Origin: an uncultured delta proteobacterium
GTDB lineage: Bacteria > Desulfobacterota > Binatia > Binatales > Binataceae
DNA: 64,000 bases
Assembly: GCA_963842085.1 (NCBI GenBank)
Contig: CAWJET010000001.1
Coordinates: forward strand, 1,824,001 to 1,888,000
Direction of reading: 5' to 3'
Shown in pieces: positions 28,676-38,947 of the stretch; the stretch's first letter is position 1; each line of letters begins with the position of its first letter. Under the pieces are notes generated by a model. It saw nothing but the letters and a program-made list of their open reading frames with translations, was not told the DNA's origin and ran no database searches. Both the position numbers and the translations under genes were made by a program.

Positions 28676-29723
28676 TCACTCGAGACGCTTCAGAAAATCA
28701 CGTAGCACGCGATCCCACTTCTGCCAGTCGGCGCCGCTTGCAAGATGACCCTTGTCGCTGTCGATCTCGAAGTAAGTAGCATCGACGCCCGCGGCCTTCA
28801 GTTTCGCCATCACGTCGGGCGCGATGCTCGGCGGAAACAGCTTGTCAGTGCGCGAGAGGACGTAGAGCACTTTCGCGCGAAGCTTCGCGAACTCCTTCTC
28901 TGTGTTGTAATGCGAGCGCGCCCGCGCCAGCGCAATCAGCGAATTAGGGTCGAAGACCTTCGCCCACGGTTCCGCGAGCTGATGGATCGCGGCCTCCCTC
29001 TTCGCCGGATCGGGAAACCTCGCAGCGAGCTCAGCCTCGATGCCGTAACGCTTGAGCGTCGCAACGCGCAGCTCGGTCATGAAGCCCACCATTTCCGCGT
29101 TGCCGTAATGATGGCCGCCGTTCCATCCTGGAGCCTCGGCAAAGTGCGCCCGCAGATCGGCCACCATCCGGTCGTCGTCAGTTGCGCTGGGCGCCGTGAC
29201 GACAGGGACGATACCGCTCATCGCGTCGGGAAACGTGACACCCCATTGAAACGCCTGGTAGCCGCCGAACGACGGCCCTGCAACCGCGACCAGATGCTTC
29301 ACACCGAACGCGTCGAGCATCGCGTGCTGCGAGGTAACGATGTCGACGAGCGTGTAGTTGGGAAAATCCGGACCATACTGCTTGCCGGTTCTCGGATTGA
29401 TGCTCGCCGGTGCAGTGGAACCGTACGACGAGCCGAGCATGTTCGATGACACGACGAAATACTTCTTGGTGTCGATCCCCTTGCCGGGTCCGATCAGCCC
29501 GTCCCACCATCCGGGCTCGCCATTCGCGTCGAGTCCCGCCGCGTGCTGGCTCGAGGTATAGCCATGAGTGGGCGAGGATCGCGTTGCGTCCGTCCGGCGC
29601 GAGAGTTCCGTAGGTCTCATAAGTGAGCTTGAGCTCGGGCAGGACCTCGCCGCTTTGAAGGCGGAAGTTCGTGGTCGAGAAACTTTTTACTTCAACTACG
29701 CCGAGGCCGCTTTCATTTGCCAT
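28676..29723 (-). pseudogene. Homoserine O-acetyltransferase (MetX)-like alpha/beta hydrolase with one frameshift near 29570
   Basis: N-terminus (LTYETYGTLAPDGRNAILA) is in one frame and the continuation (THGYTSSQHAAG...GWWDGLIGPGK...AGPSFGG...DKGHLA) in another. There is one extra C in GCC-C-ACT. Confidence 0.8.
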
Positions 29724-29752
29724 CGTCTTGCTCGCAGTTCGTCGATTTCGGT

Positions 29753-30385
29753 TCAGCGTTTAGGCGTGCGGCGGAAGGTCCAGAAGCGAACGCCACTCAT
29801 GCCGGCCTCTTCGCCGTTTACGATCATGTCGAAGCCGTGTTTCAGATAGAACGCGACGTTGCGCTGGTTCTCCGTCTCGAGATAGCACGCGAGCTGCGCG
29901 GCGTCGGCGCGCTCGAGTATCGGGCGCATCAATGCGCCGCCAAGTCCGCGCCGCTGACGGCTCGGCTCGACCCCGAGGATAAACAGGTACCAGCAGGAGC
30001 CGGTCATGTCGCGCTCGCGCGCCTGCCATTCGCGTCCGACCACTTCTCGATAGCGCCGATACGCGTCGTCGCCAATGAGGGTCGCAGTCTCGTGCATCCC
30101 CGACGCTTCGATATTCTCGCGCGACCATTTCGCGTCCGGTGGGAGCCAGAGCGCGACGCCCTCGAGCGCGCCCGCGGTCGCATAGACTTCGCCGGCGAGC
30201 ATGCCGAAGCGGATCATCCTCGCATACACTCCGGGCAGCAGCCGCTCGCGGTCGGCCGGGCCGGGAATCGCGTAGCGCATGAGCGGATCGTCGTGAAACG
30301 CGCGCGCCAGCGTCGCCGCGGCCGCAGGTATTTGCGCGTCGCTCAGTCTTACAATTTTCGCACTCACGCGCGCATCTTCGCACAC
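29753..30385 (-). CDS. GNAT family N-acetyltransferase
   Basis: LARAFHDDP, WYLFILGVEPSRQRRGLG, YLET...NVAFYLKHGF. The true start may be the GTG slightly downstream. Confidence 0.92.
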   Translation of the reverse strand: MCEDARVSAKIVRLSDAQIPAAAATLARAFHDDPLMRYAIPGPADRERLLPGVYARMIRFGMLAGEVYATAGALEGVALWLPPDAKWSRENIEASGMHETATLIGDDAYRRYREVVGREWQARERDMTGSCWYLFILGVEPSRQRRGLGGALMRPILERADAAQLACYLETENQRNVAFYLKHGFDMIVNGEEAGMSGVRFWTFRRTPKR

Positions 30386-30408
30386 CGCGCGTCAGGCTTG
30401 TAGGGAGG

Positions 30409-32223
30409 TCATCGATACGCGTCGGCCTGGATGCCGTAGAGCTCGGCGTACTGTCCGCCTTTGGCCATCAGTGCTTCGTGGGTGCCGACCTCTGCGACGC
30501 GTGCGCCGTCAAGCACGACGATCTGATCGGCCATCCGCACGGTACTGAACCGATGCGATATCAGAATCGTGATTTGCCCCTGACGTGCGTTGCCGGAGCT
30601 GCCATCGCGCCGCGCACTGCGAGCGGCCGCGGCGTAGCGCTCGAACAACGCGTGTTCGGTCTCGGCGTCCAGCGCCGCAGTGGGTTCATCGAGCACGAGC
30701 AGAAGCGGGTGATCGCGCATGAAGCCGCGCGCCAGCGCCAGCTTCTGCCATTGCCCGAAGCTCACTTCGACGCCATTGGGCCAGGTCGGCCCGAGTTGCG
30801 TATCGAGGCCGGCGGCCAGCCGCGCGACCACGTCGTCGGCGCCGGCGCGATTGACGGCGGTCACGACAGCCGGCTCGTCATCGAGCCGCGGCACGTCGCC
30901 GAGGCCCACCGTGTGGCGCACGCAAAACTCGAAACGGAAAAAGTCCTGGAACGCTCCGGCGACGTGCGCGCGCCAGTCGTCAGCGGGAATCCGCGCCAGG
31001 TCCACTCCGTCGACGAGGATTCGTCCCGCGTCGGGCTGATAGAGCCGGGCCAGCAGCTTGACCAGCGTAGTTTTGCCGGCGCCGTTCTCGCCGACGATCG
31101 CAACCACTGACCCTTGTTTCAGATCGAGGCTCACATCGTCGAGCACATGGCGTGTCGTCCCCGGATAGGCAAACGAGACATGCTCCAGGCGGATTCCGTC
31201 GACGAGGTGGTCGGGCGCCGGCGTGTCCGCATGCTCGGTTAACGCGGCAGCATAGTCCTCCAACCACGCCAGCCGGCGGGAACCGTCAAGCCAGATGCCG
31301 CGCAGAAATCCAATTTCGCCGACCGTCGCGCCGATATACGCCGAAAGGCGCGAGCCGGCGGCCAGCACCAACAGCACCTGCCCTGACGTCGCGTGGAGTC
31401 CCACGGTGACGAACACGATCGCACCGATGTAGCCGGTGCCGAAGATCAACCACGCGACCGTATGCCACGCCGCACTTCCCCAACGCGCGGAGGCCACGGG
31501 TCCATACCAGCGCTCCCACGCGTCGCGCCGCAATTTCACCAGGCGGTTTCCAATTCGCGTGACTCGCACTTCTTTTCCGGGAGGCGCAGTGGTGGCGATG
31601 GTGAAGAGATGCCGCGCGAGGCGGTTCGCCGATGCGCCACGCTCTTCCGCGGCGCGTTCGATACCCGGCCGCCAGGTCGAGGTCAGCACCGTTGGCAGTG
31701 CGAAGGCAGCCAGCAGCGCCAGGATCGGGCTAATCGACATCAGTAGCACGACCGTCACGCCGAGCCGCAGGATCCATCCGCAGGTCGAGAACAGCGACAT
31801 GTACATGTGGTCGAGCACGAAGACCTGGTCGCGCAGCACTGCCAGCCGGTCGAGGTATTCGGGACGTTCGTGATGAGCGATAGTTGCGACGGTGGCCTGC
31901 AGCCGTGCCACGTGAGACTCCAGCGCGATGGTCAGGCGATCGCGGAAGCGGCGCTGAACGCGATCGCTGGTCACGCGCAGAAACCAGGTGCCGACGGCGG
32001 ACACGCCAAGCCCCATCGCGGATGCGCTCACCTCAAAGCGATCGTGGCCGGTCACTCCGTTGGCCAGCAGCATCAGCCACAGTGCCAACAACGCGTCGGG
32101 CAGCGCCGCGAGCAGCGACAGCCCGAACGCGACCGTCAGCAGGCGAGGCTCCGCTTGATAGCCGCGCTTGAGCGCGCGCCACATCGCGGGAATCGCGGCC
32201 GGCAAATCGTCACGCGGGCTCAT
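30409..32223 (-). CDS. ABC exporter, fused TMD-NBD subunit
   Basis: GENGAGKT, degenerate signature VSFGQWQ, LVLDEPT, ISHRFST. Confidence 0.93.
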   Translation of the reverse strand: MSPRDDLPAAIPAMWRALKRGYQAEPRLLTVAFGLSLLAALPDALLALWLMLLANGVTGHDRFEVSASAMGLGVSAVGTWFLRVTSDRVQRRFRDRLTIALESHVARLQATVATIAHHERPEYLDRLAVLRDQVFVLDHMYMSLFSTCGWILRLGVTVVLLMSISPILALLAAFALPTVLTSTWRPGIERAAEERGASANRLARHLFTIATTAPPGKEVRVTRIGNRLVKLRRDAWERWYGPVASARWGSAAWHTVAWLIFGTGYIGAIVFVTVGLHATSGQVLLVLAAGSRLSAYIGATVGEIGFLRGIWLDGSRRLAWLEDYAAALTEHADTPAPDHLVDGIRLEHVSFAYPGTTRHVLDDVSLDLKQGSVVAIVGENGAGKTTLVKLLARLYQPDAGRILVDGVDLARIPADDWRAHVAGAFQDFFRFEFCVRHTVGLGDVPRLDDEPAVVTAVNRAGADDVVARLAAGLDTQLGPTWPNGVEVSFGQWQKLALARGFMRDHPLLLVLDEPTAALDAETEHALFERYAAAARSARRDGSSGNARQGQITILISHRFSTVRMADQIVVLDGARVAEVGTHEALMAKGGQYAELYGIQADAYR

Positions 32224-34030
32224 CGAGCGCCACTCCTTCTTCGGTGCCGGCCCCGGTTTCGCCGAAGCGCGACGCCTGCAGCTCGAACATCGTGCGGTAG
32301 CGTCCGCCCGCTGCCATCAGTTCATCATGCGTGCCGAGTTCAACCACGCGCCCGTGTTCGAGGACGCAAATGCGATCGGCGTGACGCACGGTCGAGAATC
32401 GGTGCGATATCAGGATGGTGGTGGCGTGATGGGTCGCGGTAAGGATGCGATCGAAGATTTCGCTCTCGCCGCGCACGTCGAGTTGCGCGGTTGGCTCGTC
32501 GAGCAGCACGACCCCGGCGCCGAGCTTGACCGCGCACAGTGCGCGCGCGAGGGCAATCCGCTGCCACTGACCGCCGGAGAGATCGGTGCCGCCCTGGTAT
32601 CCGCGGGCGAGCACGGTGTCGAGTGACGCGAGATGCGCCGCGCCTGCTTCCGCGAGCGCCTGCTCGATCGCCTCGTCGGGCGCGCCGGCAGGCGAAACAT
32701 TGTCGCGCAGCGGCAGCTCGAAGCGGGTGAAATCCTGGAATACAGCCGCGACGCGCGCGCGCCACGCCTCAAGATCGAGTTCCCGCAGATCGACGCCATC
32801 GATCTCGATCGCTCCTTGGTCCGGGTCATAGAGACGGCACAGCAGCTTTGCCAGCGTGGTCTTGCCCGCGCCATTCTGGCCCACGATTGCGAGCGACGAG
32901 CCCGCCGGAATTGTCAGGTCGAAGCCGGCCAGCACCCGGTCTCCCGTCGTGGGATATGCGAAACTGACGTTTCGGAACCGAATCTCGCGCGCCGGCATGC
33001 TCTGCGCCGCATGCGCTCCCCGCACAAGATTCCCGGCCGGAGCCATCGCATCTTGCAGTCGAAGCACAGCGCCAGCCGGCGCCGCCGCACCATCCAGTGC
33101 CCACGACAATCCGCCGAAAGCAATCATGCTTGTGCTGACCGCCGCGCTGGCGAAGGTAACGACGTGGCCTACCAGGACGCGTCCGGCGGCGGCGTCTGTT
33201 GCCAGCGCCCAGAACACAACCAGGTTGGCGGACAACACCAACAGCAGGCTCCATAGGACAGGCCGCTCGCGCAGCCGCGTCGCTTCCCAGCGGAGATCGA
33301 ACAGGTGCCGCCTGCGCGAGGTGAAGCGCTCGATCGTCCATGACGCAAGTCCGAACAGCCGCAGCTCTTTGGCCGCAGGCGGATCGACGGCAAGCCGATA
33401 AGCATAGTCGGCGTGGCGCTGCGCCTCGCGCACCTCCGTCGTATTGCGATCGCGCCAGACGCCGCTCTCTCGCAGCAGCCAATGCGTCGCGAGCCATGCC
33501 CCGGCGAGCAGCAGCGGCGCCCACCACGCGTAGGCTGCCAGTACCGCAGCGGACAGCAATCCTCCGACCATCTCGACCAGCCCCGACGCGATAAAGTCCA
33601 TCGAGATGCTCATCGGCGGTCCGCTGATTCCCAGGTCGAAATCGCGCGCCATCGCAAGGTCGGTGGTAAGGCGCGGGTCTTCGAGATGTCCCATGCCGGG
33701 CGGGCTGACGCAGGCGATTGTCAACTGGTCGTAGAGCCAGGCCGCGGTCCGGCTGCCGAGATTCGCACCGACGGCATGATGGAACGGCGGCGTTATCTGA
33801 AGCAGGACGAACACCGTGCCGACGGCGATTAGCGGCGTGGCGAGTGGATTGCCGCGCTGCACGGCGCCGACGAGCACGCCCATCGCAATCGCGAACAGGG
33901 CCGGCAGCAGTCCGCGCAATCCGAGCGCCGCCCACCAGGCGACCGCGAGCGCGCGATCGGCTTTCAGCAAAACGCCGAAGAACTTCCATTCATCACGCGC
34001 CTTTAGACGATCGAGCATCGGCACCGTCAT
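32210..34030 (-). CDS. ABC exporter, fused TMD-NBD subunit
   Basis: GQNGAGKT, LSGGQWQ, LLDEPT; overlaps the partner gene, suggesting a heterodimer. Confidence 0.93.
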   Translation of the reverse strand: MTVPMLDRLKARDEWKFFGVLLKADRALAVAWWAALGLRGLLPALFAIAMGVLVGAVQRGNPLATPLIAVGTVFVLLQITPPFHHAVGANLGSRTAAWLYDQLTIACVSPPGMGHLEDPRLTTDLAMARDFDLGISGPPMSISMDFIASGLVEMVGGLLSAAVLAAYAWWAPLLLAGAWLATHWLLRESGVWRDRNTTEVREAQRHADYAYRLAVDPPAAKELRLFGLASWTIERFTSRRRHLFDLRWEATRLRERPVLWSLLLVLSANLVVFWALATDAAAGRVLVGHVVTFASAAVSTSMIAFGGLSWALDGAAAPAGAVLRLQDAMAPAGNLVRGAHAAQSMPAREIRFRNVSFAYPTTGDRVLAGFDLTIPAGSSLAIVGQNGAGKTTLAKLLCRLYDPDQGAIEIDGVDLRELDLEAWRARVAAVFQDFTRFELPLRDNVSPAGAPDEAIEQALAEAGAAHLASLDTVLARGYQGGTDLSGGQWQRIALARALCAVKLGAGVVLLDEPTAQLDVRGESEIFDRILTATHHATTILISHRFSTVRHADRICVLEHGRVVELGTHDELMAAGGRYRTMFELQASRFGETGAGTEEGVALDEPA

Positions 34031-34063
34031 TATGATCGCATAACCGTCGAGGCGTCGCTTGGG

Positions 34064-34186
34064 TTACGCAGCCGCGCGCGATGGCATCATTGCCACCGCC
34101 TGAACGCCGTCTTCAGCGAGAGCGGCCGCACCGCGGAGTTCTTCCTGGCTGAGGCGCTCGACCGCGCGAGCTTGAGCACCGCGCAT
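34064..34186 (-). CDS. Possible 40-aa small protein upstream of the ABC pair
   Basis: GGGGAGG RBS 10 nt before ATG; MRGAQARAVERLSQEELRGAAALAEDGVQAVAMMPSRAAA. Confidence 0.3.
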   Translation of the reverse strand: MRGAQARAVERLSQEELRGAAALAEDGVQAVAMMPSRAAA

Positions 34187-34332
34187 CGGGCGATTTCCTC
34201 CCCACTCGACGCGCCAGGCATTCTCGTCAATCCAGAGCCAGCAGCTTCGTCACCGGCGCCAATATTCGAATTGAGGCGACTTTCTCAGTCAGCCGATCTG
34301 ACTATTTCAGGAATCCAACTTTCTGCCGTGTG

Positions 34333-35805
34333 TTACCCTTCACGCGTCGATGACGAGGAAAGCGGGGCGGCGATCTGTTCCAGGCTCTTGCGCTCCGCGC
34401 TCACGCCCAGGAGTAACTCGACGATGGCAGCCGCAAGCATCAGCGCGACGGCTGTCATGTAGCCGCCAAACAGGGCCTGGCGCGATCCGGTGTCGATAAG
34501 CATTCCGAAAAACCACGGCGCCACGATTCCGCCAACCGCAGTTCCGGCGGAGTAAAACACCGCGATAGCGAGCGCCCGAATTTCCAGCGGGAAAATCTCG
34601 CTTACCGTGAGATATGCCGCACTCGCAGCGGGAGACGCGAAGAAGAAAAGCAGCGTCCAAAGGCTGGCCTGGGCGAAGGCCGATAGCATCCCGTGCGCAA
34701 ACATCCATCCGGTGAGCGCGAGCACCACGGCCGAGGCGGCATAGGTGCCCGCGATCATCTGACGGCGACCAATGGTGTCGAAGAATCGCCCGAGCAACAA
34801 CGGACCCATGAAGTTGCTTATCGCGAAGGGCAGCATGTACAGCCCGGTGTCGTCGGGACGGACTGAATAGTATCGAGTCAGCACCAGCGCGTAAGTGAAA
34901 AAAATCGCGTTGTACACGAAGGCCTGCGCCGTCATCAGCACGAACCCGACAATCGAGCGGCTAAGGTAACGCCGAAAAATCGCTTCGAAGATCACGTCGA
35001 GGCCGAAACGCTGGCGTTGCGTGATGCGCAGCATCAGGTCGCTGGACGGCGGCGGCAATCTGACTGTCCCGTTCGCGGACGCGGTTTGCTCGATGTCGCG
35101 CACCACGCTCTCCGCCTCTGCCATCCGGCCATGGGTCAGAAGCCATCGCGGGCTCTCGGGCACGAATCTCCTGAGGTACAGAATCGCGGCTCCTATGAGC
35201 GGGCCGATCGCAAAGCCTATACGCCATCCCACGTTTATCGGTAGGAGTGCGGGATTGAGCGTGACCAGCGTAGACACGGAGCCAAGCGCCGCGCCGACCC
35301 AGAAGCTGCCGTTGATCGCGAGATCGATCCTGCCACGGAACTCTGCCGGGATGAGCTCATCGATCGCGGAATTGACCGCCGAGTATTCGCCGCCGATTCC
35401 CGCCCCCGTGATGAAGCGAAAAACCGCGAAGCTCAACAGGTTCCAAGAGCATGCCGTCAACCCAACGCCGGCAAGGTAGAGCGCCAGCGTAATGAAGAAA
35501 AAGGTGCGCCGGCCGAACAAGTCCGTAAGATGCCCGAACACCAGGGCGCCGATCACCGCGCCCGTGAGATAGCAGGAACTGAGAAATCCGATCTGCGCCG
35601 CGCTGAAATTGAGGGTCTGCGGATGCTGCAGAACCGCGGCGACCGCTCCCATCAGGGTTACTTCCAACCCGTCGAGCGTCCACGTGATACCGAGCGCAAC
35701 TACCAGCAGCCAATGAAATCGGCACCACGGCATCCGGTCCAGGCGCGCCGGTATCAGCGTCTCGATCTCGTCGCCATGCTCGTGCACCGCAATCGGCATC
35801 GCCAT
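34333..35805 (-). CDS. MFS sugar-porter-like transporter
   Basis: IPARLDRMPW...LDGLE...DLFGRR...GIGGEYSA...VPESPRWL; many TM segments. Start placed at ATG 35805. Confidence 0.92.
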   Translation of the reverse strand: MAMPIAVHEHGDEIETLIPARLDRMPWCRFHWLLVVALGITWTLDGLEVTLMGAVAAVLQHPQTLNFSAAQIGFLSSCYLTGAVIGALVFGHLTDLFGRRTFFFITLALYLAGVGLTACSWNLLSFAVFRFITGAGIGGEYSAVNSAIDELIPAEFRGRIDLAINGSFWVGAALGSVSTLVTLNPALLPINVGWRIGFAIGPLIGAAILYLRRFVPESPRWLLTHGRMAEAESVVRDIEQTASANGTVRLPPPSSDLMLRITQRQRFGLDVIFEAIFRRYLSRSIVGFVLMTAQAFVYNAIFFTYALVLTRYYSVRPDDTGLYMLPFAISNFMGPLLLGRFFDTIGRRQMIAGTYAASAVVLALTGWMFAHGMLSAFAQASLWTLLFFFASPAASAAYLTVSEIFPLEIRALAIAVFYSAGTAVGGIVAPWFFGMLIDTGSRQALFGGYMTAVALMLAAAIVELLLGVSAERKSLEQIAAPLSSSSTREG

Positions 35806-35861
35806 GACCGGTGACTTTGGTGGTCGTCCAGAACCACGCTCGAAATCAGACTGAAAGAAAT

Positions 35862-36662
35862 CTAGCCGCTTTCGACCGAGGATCGCTCCTCGCACGCCGC
35901 GGCGAGTGCACGGAGCTCGCGGGCCACCGCTCGCGGACTCGCGACGCGGTAGCGCGCGAAACTCTCGCGTGCCGGTCCGACCAGGATGCCGAGGTCGTCC
36001 TGGTCGAGCGCGGCGAAGGCTGATTCGTCGGTAGTATCGTCGCCAAAATAGACCGTGACGAAAGAGCGCGGCGCGTGTTGCTTGATGCGTTTGACGGCCA
36101 GGTCCTTGCCTCCGGCCCGAGGGATCGCCTCGAGCATCATCTTGAGCGGCAGCAACTTCAGCGACGGTGCGTCCCGAGCCACGAAGTCGGCGAATCGCGC
36201 GCATAGCCGCGAAGATTGGCCGGGATCGGCATTGCGATAGTGCAATCCCACGGCGACGGTTTTGTCTTCGATCCAAAAACCGCGCTGTGGCGGCACGTGC
36301 TTTCCAAGCCATCGCCGGACCCGGGCAAGCTCGGGCGCGCACGCGAGCGCAGCCTCGATGAATTTGATCTCGCCGTCACGATCGGTGAACTCCATTCCGT
36401 GAACACCTGAGAAATGCGCGCGCGAACGCAGCGGAAGCAGCCGTTTGACCTCGGCAATCGGCCGGCCGGTGACGATGGTCACCATTGCGCGAGAGTCGCC
36501 GCCGGCGATTTGATCGATTAGGCGCGCAACTCCGGGAATGGGCATTGCCTGCGACGGATCGCTGACGATGTCCGCGAGGGTGCCGTCGTAGTCGAGCAGC
36601 AGATTCAGGCCGCGGGCTGCGGCCAGCCGGGCGAGCAGTCGAGGTGGCAGCGGCTGCGGCAT
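35862..36662 (-). CDS. otsB: Trehalose-6-phosphate phosphatase
   Basis: HAD motif LLDYDGTL, IEDK...HYR, GDDTTDE. Confidence 0.93.
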   Translation of the reverse strand: MPQPLPPRLLARLAAARGLNLLLDYDGTLADIVSDPSQAMPIPGVARLIDQIAGGDSRAMVTIVTGRPIAEVKRLLPLRSRAHFSGVHGMEFTDRDGEIKFIEAALACAPELARVRRWLGKHVPPQRGFWIEDKTVAVGLHYRNADPGQSSRLCARFADFVARDAPSLKLLPLKMMLEAIPRAGGKDLAVKRIKQHAPRSFVTVYFGDDTTDESAFAALDQDDLGILVGPARESFARYRVASPRAVARELRALAAACEERSSVESG

Positions 36663-36663
36663 C

Positions 36664-38157
36664 CTAGTTCGCGGAGAGACTTTCATCGATTCGAAGCTTG
36701 CGCCCACGGAATAACGTACCAAGAAAGTTCTGCGACCAGGACTCCAGGTCGTTTTCCTCGACCTGCTTGCGCAACTCGGTCAAACGCGCGTGCCGCTCTT
36801 CCATCGGCATCTCGACCGCCTGGTGCAAACGCTCGGCGATCTGATCGATGTCGTAGGGATTGACTTCCAGGGCCGCTTTCAGTTCGTTTGCTGCTCCGGC
36901 GAACTCGCTCAGTATCAGAACGCAACTATCGCCCTGGTGCGAGACAACGTATTCCTTCGCCACCAGGTTCATGCCATCGCGCAAAGGAGTCACCAGCGCG
37001 ATGTCGGCGGCTTGATAGTAGGCCACCAGTTCGTCAACCGGGAATTGATTGTATATGTACCGAACCGGCACCCATCCTCCCGACGAGAATCTACCAACCA
37101 GGTGACCTACCAACTCGTCGACGTGCCGCCTTAACGCGGTATACTCGGCAACGCGAGTGCGGGACGGAACGGCAATCAGCACCAGCGATACGCGCTTGCG
37201 GTATTGCGGATAAAGTTCCAGAAACCGTTCAAACCCCAGCAGACGCTCAACGATGCCCTTGGTGTAGTCCAGGCGATCGACGCCAAGCACTACTACAGGC
37301 GTGTGCAACGCCTTTCGGATTCGTCGTGCGCGCGCGCGGACCAGCGCGCTGGTCGAGAGGCCGCGAAAATAATCGACCGCAATCCCCAGCGGGAATGCTC
37401 CGACTCGCGTGGAACGTGAACCGTGAAAGACCACCCCGCGCGCGCGGTCTACTTTGAGTCCTAGAATCCTCTCGCAGCAGTCGAGAAAATGCTTGACATA
37501 GATAGGAGTGTGAAATCCGATCAAATCGCTTCCCAGCATCCCGGTTAGAAACTCCGATCGCCATGGAAACACGCGAAACACCTGTTCGGGCGGCCACGGC
37601 ACATGCCAGAAGAGTCCTATGGGAACTTTCATAGTGCTCTCGCGCAATAATCCGGGTACCAGTGCCAGGTGAAAGTCCTGGACCCAGACGCAGTCATATG
37701 GTGCGCTCTCGGCCTCGGCGGCTCGCGCGAAGATGTGGTTGACGCGGCGGTAAGACTCCCATTGCCCGGCATCGAAGCGGCAATTCAGAGTCATAAAGTG
37801 CATCAGCGGCCACAGCGCGCGATTACACGCGCCGTAATAGAACTCCGAGATGTCGCGTTCGCTCAGCGTCACAAAGGACAGCGTAAAACGTGGATTACCC
37901 GGCGGCATCTCAATCCGCTTCGGGCTGTTCCTTCCCTCAAACCACGCGAGCCACACCCCGCCGTGCTTGTCCAGCAGCCTTAGAAACGTGGAGCCTACGC
38001 CGCCGACCGTCGGTTCGATCTGTCTGCGCCCCCGTGCGCGGACCAAACGCACCGGCGCGCGATTTGACATCACGAGTAAGCGGGGCGCGTCGCGCGTGGG
38101 CTGCGCGGCAATGCGCTCGCTGGTCGAGGCGTCCGAGGTACTGCTGGAAATGCTCAT
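36664..38157 (-). CDS. otsA: Trehalose-6-phosphate synthase
   Basis: [40 protein letters not shown]. Confidence 0.95.
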   Translation of the reverse strand: MSISSSTSDASTSERIAAQPTRDAPRLLVMSNRAPVRLVRARGRRQIEPTVGGVGSTFLRLLDKHGGVWLAWFEGRNSPKRIEMPPGNPRFTLSFVTLSERDISEFYYGACNRALWPLMHFMTLNCRFDAGQWESYRRVNHIFARAAEAESAPYDCVWVQDFHLALVPGLLRESTMKVPIGLFWHVPWPPEQVFRVFPWRSEFLTGMLGSDLIGFHTPIYVKHFLDCCERILGLKVDRARGVVFHGSRSTRVGAFPLGIAVDYFRGLSTSALVRARARRIRKALHTPVVVLGVDRLDYTKGIVERLLGFERFLELYPQYRKRVSLVLIAVPSRTRVAEYTALRRHVDELVGHLVGRFSSGGWVPVRYIYNQFPVDELVAYYQAADIALVTPLRDGMNLVAKEYVVSHQGDSCVLILSEFAGAANELKAALEVNPYDIDQIAERLHQAVEMPMEERHARLTELRKQVEENDLESWSQNFLGTLFRGRKLRIDESLSAN

Positions 38158-38285
38158 CGTCCGTTCAAAAGTCCGCAGCCCGCCTTGCGCGGAGTTGAAT
38201 CAAAAGTTGAGCTGGATGAATATCTTGATAGTAGCTCACGTCGTCTTTGATCGGCAACCCATTCCGCCCGGCTCTGGATGTGACG

Positions 38286-38945
38286 ATGCCTGAGATTGCC
38301 CGAGAACCGTTCGAGTTTGAATCGCGCCTCAACCTGACCCTGCTCACCGGGTTGAGGGCGCGTGACCTCGCGCAGTTGCTCGAGAACTTGCGCACGGTGC
38401 CGGGTGCAGTGATTTACTTTCACACGCACCATTTTCTCGTTCAGCATCAGTTCCTTTCGCCCGAACCGCCGAACGACTTCGCCTATTGGGTGTCGAACGT
38501 TCTGCTGGAAGAGAGGCTGGGCGAAGAACTGGCCGCGATCGACATTCTGCGTTTTCGTACAATCCACGACCTGCGCCAGGATCTGATCCGGGTGATCGAG
38601 AATTACCTGGAGCGCGGCGCGGAGATCCGCGTCGCGCCGCCCGGGATGGAGTTTCATTTCGAGCGCTCGGTGTCATTCGTGCTTAAAACTGGCGTGGTCG
38701 CTCACAATTTGCGCGAGTTCCGCGATGCGCTCGAGCACATCTCGCTGAGCTCGATTTCATTTCATATGTTCGACGCCCGCCTGCGCCTGGAACGGGGCAA
38801 CAACGACTTCTCGATCTGGCTCGACAGGGTAATGGGTGAAAAACAATTGGCGAAGGATTTGCAAGTGCTCGATCCGTACACTCACACCGAAGACGGTTTG
38901 CGGCGCGCGATAGCCGCATTGGTCGACAAAGCATTGCGGAGGTAG
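38286..38945 (+). CDS. DUF5752 family protein (two internal repeats)
   Basis: Twice-repeated unit F.F...A..L...L...I.FH...NDF..W...LA; sits directly upstream of treT. Confidence 0.8.
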   Translation: MPEIAREPFEFESRLNLTLLTGLRARDLAQLLENLRTVPGAVIYFHTHHFLVQHQFLSPEPPNDFAYWVSNVLLEERLGEELAAIDILRFRTIHDLRQDLIRVIENYLERGAEIRVAPPGMEFHFERSVSFVLKTGVVAHNLREFRDALEHISLSSISFHMFDARLRLERGNNDFSIWLDRVMGEKQLAKDLQVLDPYTHTEDGLRRAIAALVDKALRR

Positions 38946-38947
38946 CC

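Noticed and set aside
35806-36342. Long N-terminal extension of the MFS ORF (669-aa call)
   Set aside because: Overlaps otsB in another frame; MFS-like sequence starts near 35805.
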